Positions 14,500 through 23,979 of a DNA stretch of 64,000 nucleotides are shown here, piece after piece; position 1 is the stretch's first letter; every line of letters starts with the position of its first letter. The notes beneath the pieces were generated by a model. It made no database searches and had not been told where the DNA came from. It saw only the letters and a list, made by a program, of their open reading frames with translations. A program made the translations under genes and the position numbers. The stretch is from Neoechinorhynchus agilis. Taxonomy: Eukaryota > Animalia > Acanthocephala. The stretch covers positions 8,286,784-8,350,783 of the forward strand of contig CM121341.1 in NCBI GenBank assembly GCA_051530055.1, read 5' to 3'.

Positions 14500-14750
14500 C
14501 ATTATGATGAAAAGAACAACTATTCCAACAAGTCCTGATATTAGTTGATTCCAGAAACAAGACTGCGACTATTATTGATTTTACGATTAATTATGAAAAC
14601 GATGAAAAATTGGGAAGCGTAAACACAATGAGACAAAAAGAGACAAAATATGAACTGATAAGGAAATCAGCTGCATCAAAACACAACGTGGATGAGACAT
14701 TGCCATAATATTTCGAAAATATTAGGCTTTTAAGGATCTGATATTTTCAC
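14500..14750 (+). pseudogene. R2/NeSL/R4-type REL endonuclease fragment
   Basis: SPD-(frameshift)-ILVDSRNKTATIIDFTINYE...RQKETKYELI fits the PD...IID.TI.E...K..KY motif. Mirrored at ~29160-29410 (-). Confidence 0.5.
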
Positions 14751-15599
14751 AAGAGTAATGAAATGGAAGACATGCTGAATGCAATTAATGACTTAAAAGC
14801 TCAGGAAATTTTTAAGTTTTAAAACTCAACCTTTACACATACCTTTTGCAAGCTTCCGTCAAAAGTTTAGCTCGTGCAATAGTATCTTTAGGCGTTATTA
14901 GATAATTCCTAATCTTTTCCATCGACGGAACAATCACAGTTGACCAATTAAATGGATGTGCTAAATTGACTTTAGTCCAATAATCTACTTCGGATATTTT
15001 CTTCTCGTATCAACGTGAGACAAATCTAATCAAGTGAGGTTTAAAGAAGTGATCTAAAATTTCTTTCAAAAGATTCCATACATCGTCCAAATAGAAATGG
15101 AGATATTTCAAAAACTCTCCTGAAACCTTGTTGATTGTATATGCAAACTCAAGATCTGATTCACTTTCAATGCGTCCCATTTTAGTTTTAAGAAGACGAT
15201 GAAAATCAAGCAGATTTTTATCGGAAGATATGGGGGAGAATCGATGATGGAACAACGATGCATGCAGTTGTAAGCCGCTCGGTCCTAATTGGAAGTAATT
15301 TCATCGATGATCAAGAATTATTATTCACTCAACGACGTTATATGGAGCAGAATTAAACCGAATGTTAGCTTCAAGCATAGATGCTGATGAGTTGAATAGT
15401 AATAGCCTTTAATTGTTTCCTAAAACAAGATTACCCGCGTTTATACTAAGCCAGATTAATCACCAAAAAACTAAGGCTGAAGATATCATTCAATCCACGT
15501 AAAACACCCGACGAGAGGAATACTTTGAATGAAATAAAGACAATAATGTTCGATGAATTTATTGTGTCTTTGATTTCAATCGGGGGGGGGGAATTCCAA

Positions 15600-15890
15600 T
15601 TTATTGATAGTTTCAACCGTATTAACCTCCCCGATGACTGATTTATTTGAACGAATTTTCGTCTGCATGCATTCCCCAAGCTGGAGGCCGAAGATTCCCT
15701 ACAAACTAAGACCTGCTCAGGGGGGGTGACAGATCACCCGCGGGCCTAACAACCCCGGGCACCCGAGTTCTGCCCAAGCTACACTCACCATGTCATATTC
15801 TGGATACTTGAAGAAGTCTGCATGCAGACGAAAATTCTTACAAATAAAACAGTCATCGGGGAGGTTAATTAGGTTGCAACTATCAATAAA
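15600..15890. mobile_element. Inverted (tail-out) pair of Penelope-like pseudo-LTR 3' ends
   Basis: ~70-bp arms TTTATTGATAGTT.CAACC...GTCTGCATGCA and TGCATGCAGAC...GGTTGCAACTATCAATAAA flank a ~150-bp spacer. Each end terminates in AATAAA, and one carries a hammerhead-like motif. The same end recurs with a TSD at 61255-61303. Mirrored at 28020-28310. Confidence 0.55.
15803..15842 (+). ncRNA. Minimal type I hammerhead ribozyme-like motif (C3U variant, stem I degenerate)
   Basis: TTGAAGA-A-GTCTGC-AT-GCAGAC-GAA-AA-TT-C: core, bulged A, perfect stem II, palindromic AATT stem III, UUC cleavage triplet. The stem I strands no longer pair. Confidence 0.5.
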
Positions 15891-18800
15891 ATGAATTTAT
15901 TGGTGAAATTCGCGTGCTCGTAGTACAAAGTATGCTGACGAGCATTGATCAACACAATTTTCTATTTATTGGTTTTGCCATCCGAATTTAAATTAACTGA
16001 TTTATTTCCGATATTTCGTCTTATAATTCCGACAAAACCAAGGTTTGTCATTGATTCGCAACTAGTAAGCGAACTGCAGCGCAATCCGAATTTGAGTAAT
16101 GCCACGAGACCAGTCGTCAGATAAAATAGCGGCATGAAGTCGAGCTAAGATCAAAAAATTTCAAATAGAAAAAAAGCAAAATGTAACCTGCCCCTTCATC
16201 CGGTTTGTAGATTGCTTGTTTTGAAAATCAGCATCTTTAAAAAATCGAAACCACCTTCAAGAACAGCACATTTCTAAATTTTAGTAAACTCTTTTTTCTG
16301 AGCGAGAAACAGTTTTTATGATTAAAATTCCTAATTAAATCTAAATACATCACATAACTCATTGGTGTGATTCTTTCGTGTTTTAGTGAAATGATTGTGC
16401 ACACTAAGAAAGCATTTGACATCACTCTTTGCAGTCGTTGCTCTGAATTTTCGTTTCATTGAGCAGTGTAATTGCTTTGACCTACTTGAGGTATTCTGCG
16501 GATTTGGAGCGTGGTGAAAAGGTTGGTACTTGACGAGAGTAATGCGGCGCAGTTTGAATGGAATTCAGTTTGATATTCGACGGGAGCCATCGTCGTAACG
16601 GTTTTTTTGTCGGATCGCTGTTACATCATCGTGGGAATTGTTTTTTGACTATTTGTTCTCATTAGCATTTGCGCTTTATCTGTTTCATCCGAATCAAAGA
16701 TTCTCGTAGCTGACCTGCTTTAGGCGAAATATAGCTTCATTCTGGAGTTTTTGTTTATTTCTGCCACGCACACGCGTCTATTTCGTGTGCAGGAATTCTT
16801 GAGACTTGAACATTCGAGTTATAGTAAATAATTACGACCATAAATGATTCGCGCTTTGTGTTCGTCTTCATTGTCATTTCATAGCATCTAACTATTCTTA
16901 TTCCTAACTCCGGTTACTTCGTCCAATATTCTCATTATATTCGTTTTTGGTGCAACTTCCCAAATCTATCGGGACCATCGACCTTGGACGAATTTCTGTG
17001 ACCGCCACAATGCACCGATTGTCTGGCACTATCTTGAGCTTCTGCATCAACATCGCCTTCTAAAACTACATTCAATTGACTTTCTTAGATATAAAAGTCG
17101 TATTCAGTTGGCTCATTCCACCACTCATAAATCTCGACATGACTGTTGATTACATTATCTTCACCTTCCTTAAGGTTACTTTTTATTGTCATGGAGCTCT
17201 GCTTTCTCCGGGCTGTTAACAAACATCCTTAAGTTTCGGCTTCCTACTCCCGTTTGTATGAATGGAAGACTTCCACCTTCAGAAGTGGTCCCTTTGATTT
17301 TCTTTTACGCGATTGTGCGCCATGGCATTTGCCGATTATCAACAAAGCGCGAGCCGATTGTTACGCCCGGTGATTTCCCAATGAATTTCTTAGTCGTGTG
17401 CTCTCTCCCAGGTGCTTCAATTTCGCCAGTAGCGTCCTGGGATTGCGCCATTTTCCTAACGTCTTTATTTATTTGGTTAATAAAAGCCTTTATTTCATTG
17501 GGGTTCGAACACGTGTTTCTAACTGGATTTATTTCGTGAGCTGCGAATTGGTTTTTATAACGTTAATCCGCATGCACCTTCGTGGGATTCAGCAATCTCG
17601 TTGGACCAGTTGCTCCGGGTGTTATTTGTTGTGGGGTGAAATTTGTAATCTGATTTCCAAAATAACTGTTCACCATTGAAGCATTCACGTTGGCTGGAAA
17701 GTTTGTATTGTGTATTCCCATTCCATTATTCATTTTTGGTCGATGCGGGCCATGACCAAATTTGATGTTTAATGGTAAGTTGGGGTATAACGTTATTTTG
17801 TACTGAAATGCAAATTGTTGTCCAGGACCATTTTATTGGATGTTTCCGTGGTATATTTGTGTTCGTAGGCTCCATTGTATGTAGCTCCTCGCAAATGTCA
17901 CTTGATATCTGATTTGAGGGAGTTAATTGTATTCGTTGGGGGGATACGAATTTGGGACGAGCACGGAATGTCTCTCGTGCTTATCAGTGTAGCCTGTCGT
18001 CCTCTTGCCACATTCTTATCTGCCGGTTGAACCCGAGGTCGTTTTGTTTGGTGTTCCTTTGTGTTGTTCGGATCGTACATTAAAAAGGATGCTCTACTTA
18101 CTGTAGTGCTAACGACGCTTGCAAATTAATGCTGGTGGGATAAAGTGTTCCTTATCAAGTTCTAAAATTAAGATATCATTCAGATTTTCTGAAATGATTA
18201 GTGGCGATCACCTTCATCTGATAGATTTCTCTTCTCACGGTCATTGCTGCAAAATATGGAACGTGGACATCCACGAACTTTAACAGGAGAGCAATATGCG
18301 ATTCGCGTGAAGGCATTGATTGAAAAGGATCATCGTCAAGTAATCAAATCAATGTCTTACTTACTCACGATGGATTAGGCCTCAGTGACGTCGAATCCTT
18401 TATTGTTTGTTTTCCTCCGGAACACAGTTGAACGATCCGGAGTTTCACCTCCGACATGTTTTTTCATTCTTGGCAAAAACTCATTTGCACTGCGGCTTTT
18501 CGCGACCTCACACCGGAAAATATCGAAAAAGCGCAACCGCAACCGCAACAGTTTTACGTATAAACATCTGAGCGTATACAAAACACCTCGTGAACATTTT
18601 GCGTGGCAGCACGTAACAACAACAACGAAAAGGAACAGTTAGCATACTACTTGGTTGTTGTTTCCTTGACGCGTGCAAGTGTCTTCCGTGTATGTTATGT
18701 GACGTAATACCATTTTCACTACGTGACGTGTAGTCAACGAAAGACAGTGCACTCTTGTGTCCCATTAAGTGTATTTGTTTTGAGTTCAAAACGTAATATG

Positions 18801-19537
18801 AATACCGAGCTAAGAAATGCTTTGATTGAGCACTTAGAGGTTGTCGCCTTTCGTGTGCGGGAAATGATGGTCCTCGTTCAAGGCAAAAGTAATGAGTACC
18901 AGGCATCAGGTGTAACATCGCAAACTCCGGACCAAGTGCAAACGCCGCAAAAGGAGGACTCCGGTGATTGTGACGATGCTGAAATGCTACTGTATCTGAA
19001 GTACTTTCAAATCTTCGGGGATTAGCTGCCGGAAGCCGCGTTGCATCCAAAAAGGTCAGTAACGCATCTCCGTAAAGATGAGATAACAGTAAAAGTCCCG
19101 AGGATAAATTGTAGTCCGAGTAGCCGATCGTACACAATTTTTTTAAAATAAAGAAAAGATTTAATATTCAAGAAACAAACATTCAATCTGTCTTAGTAAT
19201 ATAAAATTTAATTAAATCGTCCCCCGGACGCTGACCGCATTTCCTCGTTGGATTGCGAGTCTTATTCTTTGGATCAGGAAAATCCTCTCGCGTCGCTCCC
19301 TTGTTTGTGCTGCAAGTCGTCGTCCGAGTTCGGCACAAGAGCTTCGTGCCGAAGATCCCAACGCCCCTTGTGTTTCCACGCCGAAAGGAAGGAAAATGTA
19401 ATTTTGTTTGAGCTCACTGTATTTCTCCGCTTTCCCCCTTTCGGCGGCACTCGCTGCTCCTCCCGTCTCCGCTATGCGCCCGACTCCTTCGAAGAACTGG
19501 CCACAAGTCTAGCTTGTGACATCTCGTCCATCTGGCC

Positions 19538-19820
19538 TTAAGGGTATATCCCAAGCAGATTGTTCGTGCGCGTTGGTTGGAGCTTGTTGCAGACCGGTCT
19601 GCGAGAGCCATGATGTGACTCCCTGTTTCAATAGTTTGCATGGCTTCGACATTCTGTTTAAGAGAATTTCCCCCTGTAATTCCTCCGTCTTGTGCATCGA
19701 GGATACGAATGCCGGAAGGGCAAAACCAGCCACACTTCGTAAGCCTAAACCTCCGTATTTGATCGGAAGGGCAGCTTGTTGCCAAGCTTCATCAGTGATG
19801 GCGCAGTTCGTTACCTTCTC
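19538..19820 (-). mobile_element. CRE-like RT-thumb fragment, inverted relative to the adjacent REL fragment
   Basis: Minus-strand VTNCAITDEAWQQAALPIKYGGLGLRS...ALPAFVSS...QSAWDIPL. Confidence 0.8.
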
Positions 19821-19825
19821 ATCCT

Positions 19826-20098
19826 TTTGACAACGAAACATTCCGGATAACTTTCTCTTTGAGATTGGGTGCTCTCATTTGCTTCCCACACGAATGTCTT
19901 TGCGGCCCCCAATTAGACCCCAAAGGATTACATGCTCTATCATGCATTCGGTCAGCCGGACGGTTACCTGGACATGCCGAAATCAACGCGATTCTGAGTA
20001 GAGCCCTGACCTCCATCAACATTCAAAACATCCTGGAGCCGAGCAATCCGTGCAGGTCTGATAGTAAGCGCCCAGATGGTGTGCCAGTCTTCCCTTTT
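19826..20098 (+). mobile_element. CRE-like CCHC/REL fragment fused to viral N
   Basis: DNETFRITFSLRLG..CFPHECLCG...GLHALSC...GHAEINAILSRAL...LEPSNPCRSDSKRPDGVPVFP, paralogous to 10633-11304. Homology stops at FP(W to F). Confidence 0.88.
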
Positions 20099-21046
20099 AG
20101 CAGAACTATCGATGAGAAACAACTACTAACTCTCGCCGCGATCGTGTTGCTTCCAATCAGATTAAAAAAGGTTCGGGACGGTGCACCCCGAGAATATGGT
20201 GCAGGCCTGATCAAGCTCTTCAGATCTATGTTGAGGGGGAACCCTTTCAACCAAACTGCTCGATTTTCTGAGGACATGGATCTTCAACCCGATGTCCTAC
20301 TCGAACGATCACCATCTGTCGACTTGATGAAGTTTGCCGCAATTATTGACTGGATGGTGATTGCATCAAGAGATGAGCGTTTGACTCCACTGAGGTTTTG
20401 CACTATATCCACACGGCTCTTTGAAATGGGTGCCCTGAGAACATTTATAGCCACCTGCGATCTACTGAAATCGAGAAAGACAGAGTTACTAGAGACTGTA
20501 GTTATCAAAGCGGCAATGATACAACTCACTGAAATTTGTAATGCTAATGGTGCAATATTGAATCTATATTCTCTACATCACTATGAGAAGTCCCTCCACC
20601 TTGTTTCCAAGACAAAGTATTCGTTTACTGCTATGCCTGAGCTGTCAACTTTGCTCATAACATTTCTAACACTCGAATCCAGGTGCTTCTACGCGAATCT
20701 GAAGAGACTCGAGTTGTTGAGCGATGCTTGCATCGCTAACGGTGTCAAAATAGCCCTTTACTACCGAATTGGGGATGACCAAATCGGACAGTACAGTTAC
20801 AGACAAGAAAACATTGCTCTACAACAAAAGGCTGAAGAAGAGACCCCTCGTGAAGCAGGTGCGAGATTTGTGAAGGAAATCATCAATCAGAAATGCAGTG
20901 TGACTCAAACAGAAAAGGACCTCCTATGCATGCAGGTAAAGAAGATTAGCCCTATTAGACCGCAATTTCTGGCTGAATATTTTCAGGAGATGTCCGTAGT
21001 ATCCAAAGAGATGGAATTAGATGATGACTTCTTTCAGGTGAATTGA
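20099..21046 (+). CDS. N: Endogenous rhabdovirus-like nucleoprotein, 5'-truncated, open frame (first ATG at 20228)
   Basis: FAAIIDWM, RFCTISTRLFEMGAL and SKTKYSFTAMPEL resemble rhabdovirus N blocks (VAAVDMF, RYGTIVSRFKDCAAL, SKSPYSSVKNP in VSV). First position in the gene order, followed by a junction motif. Confidence 0.75.
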   Translation, partial: SRTIDEKQLLTLAAIVLLPIRLKKVRDGAPREYGAGLIKLFRSMLRGNPFNQTARFSEDMDLQPDVLLERSPSVDLMKFAAIIDWMVIASRDERLTPLRFCTISTRLFEMGALRTFIATCDLLKSRKTELLETVVIKAAMIQLTEICNANGAILNLYSLHHYEKSLHLVSKTKYSFTAMPELSTLLITFLTLESRCFYANLKRLELLSDACIANGVKIALYYRIGDDQIGQYSYRQENIALQQKAEEETPREAGARFVKEIINQKCSVTQTEKDLLCMQVKKISPIRPQFLAEYFQEMSVVSKEMELDDDFFQVN

Positions 21047-21067
21047 TCTAGAATTGGAAGGGAAGAG

Positions 21068-21085
21068 GAAAAACTGACAATCATC
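21068..21085 (+). promoter_or_regulatory. Rhabdovirus gene-end/intergenic/gene-start junction (N/P)
   Basis: GAAAAA-CT-GACAATCATC, 1 nt before the P ATG. Confidence 0.85.
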
Positions 21086-21086
21086 A

Positions 21087-21833
21087 ATGCGCTCTGAAAG
21101 TACTGAAGAAAGGAAGACTATCACTCAATTTGAATTTAATGAATCCCAGATGAGTGAACTTCAGCGCTCAATGAACCAGGTGGCTTGGGGGGCTATGTTC
21201 ATGGAGGATCCGGATGAGGGAAGTATGTTGTCTACAAACATATCTCTAGACCCGTCGACTCACCACACTTTCACCCCAGGGGCACCAGCACCATCATTCC
21301 AACTACTAAGTAAAGAAGAGGGGTATCGTCAGGCATACAATCTAATTAAAATTGCTAATGAAGACATCACGAAAGCAGGACTATACTTTATCTCAACTCT
21401 GCCTGATAGTGTAATGCATTTGTGTAGACTAGCAGACCGAATGACACCTCCAGAAGATCAGTCCATGAGTCCGAGCTCCGCGGGAGAATCAGTGGTGTCT
21501 GATAAAGTGGATAGTTTTGATTATCATAAGTTTCTTTCACAATCCAAGTTGGTAAGCAATTCCAAGAAAGATGCCGTAATAGAAGCGCTATCCTATTGTA
21601 AAGCAGGTCATGTATTAATTCATTATCAATCTAATAGAGAAAAATTAGCAATTGTTGTAAAAATGTGTTTTGTGTCCTATTGTAAACAATTGGGAATTGA
21701 TAAAAAATTCACCTGGGGAATTGATGAAATACGCATTGCACAGGAGACACTCTCAAAGAAAAGAAGATTCCGAACAACATATTCAGCCCCATCTAAGTAT
21801 CAACTCTTCATCCACTTATTCTTCAATACATGA
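21087..21833 (+). CDS. P: Putative rhabdovirus-like phosphoprotein (248 aa, open)
   Basis: Second cistron, bounded by junction motifs on both sides. Acidic, Ser-rich N-terminal half. The call rests on position, not on sequence motifs. Confidence 0.65.
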   Translation: MRSESTEERKTITQFEFNESQMSELQRSMNQVAWGAMFMEDPDEGSMLSTNISLDPSTHHTFTPGAPAPSFQLLSKEEGYRQAYNLIKIANEDITKAGLYFISTLPDSVMHLCRLADRMTPPEDQSMSPSSAGESVVSDKVDSFDYHKFLSQSKLVSNSKKDAVIEALSYCKAGHVLIHYQSNREKLAIVVKMCFVSYCKQLGIDKKFTWGIDEIRIAQETLSKKRRFRTTYSAPSKYQLFIHLFFNT

Positions 21834-21836
21834 AGA

Positions 21837-21854
21837 GAAAAACTAACAACCATC
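21837..21854 (+). promoter_or_regulatory. Rhabdovirus gene junction (P/M)
   Basis: GAAAAA-CT-AACAACCATC immediately before the ATG at 21855. Confidence 0.9.
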
Positions 21855-22464
21855 ATGAGTAAACGGTTCAAGCTCAGCAGATCGATGAATTCAGAAGAAT
21901 CCAGTGAAAGTTCAACTCCTAAGGATGACGTGCTCAGAATGAGTCAAGTAGGTGACATTCGATCATTCAGCCTCTTCATCAATGTATCCGCTTGTATCAG
22001 TGGCTCGAAAAAAATCACAAAGAAAGACAAGAATCGAATCTTATACAGTTTCCTAGAAAAATATGAGGGACATGCATCTAAAATGGTCATTTCATATATA
22101 TATCGTTATCCCAAGCTCTATTTGATGCACCCGAGTCAGATGTAACAGGACGATTAGACTTAGATAAGAATTACATATTTTCAGGCTATAGTGACTATCC
22201 GATGTAATGGAAACATTCAGGACTAATGGAATATTTACTCTAGAACACCCGGATAACTGTTGTTATGTCCAATATATAATCAAGGGTCAACCATCAAGTT
22301 TTGTTGGTATCTGACTACCTACTCGATTAAACTCCTATACACTAGAAGGTCTAAGAGTTCATCTCCCGACAAGTTTCAGACCTCTGACACAAAGTGTCGT
22401 AAAAAGATTGGGTAACAAGTCCATTAATTCAAAGTTTTACTTGGATGTTAGGTATCAAAAGTGA
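21855..22464 (+). pseudogene. M: Putative rhabdovirus-like matrix gene, disrupted (about 2 frameshifts plus 1 stop)
   Basis: Third cistron, basic N-terminus (MSKRFKLSR). Reading frames 0, then 2, then 1 can be joined into ~200 aa ending at TGA 22462-22464, which overlaps the gene-end signal. Confidence 0.65.
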
Positions 22465-22480
22465 AAAACTAACAATCATC
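22463..22480 (+). promoter_or_regulatory. Rhabdovirus gene junction (M/G)
   Basis: GAAAAA-CT-AACAATCATC, 7 nt before the G ATG. Confidence 0.9.
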
Positions 22481-22487
22481 CAATATC

Positions 22488-23943
22488 ATGCAGATCCAAA
22501 TACTCTCCCTCTTCATCCCTCTGTGCCTCTCGGTCTCCAAGACATACGTCCCCACCGACATCATAGACCCCTGGGTTGTAATTGAACCATCTATGATCAG
22601 TTGCTTTACCGGACCAACCTCAATGAATTCTAATTCTACTGATATTCTTTCAAAAAATACCCAGGTGGTTAGAAAATATTTGTTAACAACAATCTGTAAA
22701 GTGAATTTGTTCGGAATGACCACTATAACTTATAATTCTATACCCCAACGATTGTACTCAGAAGAAGTTCTGAACTATACGGGAGGGAAGGTCAATCCGA
22801 GCACATATGATGCTAAATGGCCTGAACCAGATTGTGCCTATCTAAAAACCAGAGCAAATTCATCAAAAACAATTAGTTCCACTAACATCAGGTTTCCTTA
22901 TGACTTTGAACGAGAAGCCATGGTGATACCTTGGGAACAGTATACTACTTGTCCAGGAAGGATTTGCTACACAGGAGAATATAACACAGTGATTTATCGA
23001 CCTGAATATGATCAAATGTGCAGATTGTCTGCAACGATTGAAAAAATGACACTACAGAAAGGGGTGATAACAGATACATCAGGAATATCTCAAAATCTTA
23101 TTAAAGATTGTTACTTTGATTACTGCGGGAGCCCAACGCTCATCACACTGTCCGGAATTGCTTATGGCATTATAGGGAGACATAAGGTCCCAAAATGTAT
23201 CAACGTCTCATTTATCTTACCTGATCAAGAAAGAAACAATTGGAAATTGGGCATACACGATATTAAGCGGATAATAGAGCGTTTAGTGTAAAATGGCAAA
23301 AGCCATAATCGAGACTACATCTCGAGCAACTCCCTATTTATTGGCAGTGATAAGTTCATCCTCTAAGAAGCCTTATCTTGAATTCTTTAAAGTATTAAAC
23401 TCAGTAATGTATAATGCCCTTTGTAATTACACCGAAGTTAAACAGTTTTTAGATGTCAAGAACAAAATATGCATAAGAGATCATCAAGGAAGGACAATGT
23501 GTCTAAGCAACTCCACTTCAACTTTCAAGGAAGTTAACATGGACAGCATCAACTTAGAAGAATTCAAATTGGAATCAAACAGCTTTTCAAACTTGCCTAA
23601 CGGATTTTATGTACTTGCCGATGGTAAAGTAGGGAAAGCTGTGACTCATCATCATCATAACGACAAATCAGAAATAATGCAATCAAGATCTTCTCCACTT
23701 TATGAAAGAGTTATTCCGGAAGTTTATTTAAGGCCCATCTCCAAGAGAACCGTTAGAGGATTTATACTGAACCCGTTCTCTTGGTTTCAAAGATTCAAGT
23801 ATATAATTGTGGGAGTCATCATAGCTATATGTTGCTGGATAATTTTCCAAATATTCAAACTCATATCATCATTTTATTTTAAAGGAATATCCCCTATTAA
23901 AGGCCCTTCATTATTGGGGTCTTCTGTAAGACCAACCTTTTAA
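22488..23943 (+). pseudogene. G: Rhabdovirus-like glycoprotein G split by one +1 frameshift near 23286
   Basis: Signal peptide MQIQILSLFIPLCLSVS. LTTICKVNLFGMTTITY resembles VSV WVTTCDFRWYGPKYITH, and WPEPDCAY resembles FPPQSCGY. Removing one base joins the ORFs as IERL-CKMAKAI. C-terminal TM segment YIIVGVIIAICCWIIF. No junction motif lies between the two ORFs. Confidence 0.85.
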
Positions 23944-23960
23944 TCATATAAATGCAAACT

Positions 23961-23978
23961 GAAAAACTAACAATTATC
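23961..23978 (+). promoter_or_regulatory. Rhabdovirus gene junction (G/L)
   Basis: GAAAAA-CT-AACAATTATC, 1 nt before the L ATG. Confidence 0.9.
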
Positions 23979-23979
23979 C

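Larger units (their letters stand above)
10952..18208 (+). repeat. Left arm of 7,257-bp inverted repeat
   Basis: Reverse complement of 25702-32958. Every mirrored ORF pair satisfies start+end=43910 (e.g. 17186/26724, 14144/29766, 12283/31627). Both boundaries were read directly (AATACGGTC... at 10952; ...GTGGCGAT at 18208). Confidence 0.97.

Noticed and set aside
15600-15890. MITE
   Set aside because: No clear TSD. The arms end in AATAAA, contain a hammerhead-like motif and occur singly elsewhere as a retroposed end.
23289-23295. TAA-A-ATG as a stop-restart signal giving a separate sixth viral gene
   Set aside because: No gene junction motif is present, and a single-base removal yields a continuous G with the expected Cys, signal peptide and TM anchor. 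A frameshift is more parsimonious.
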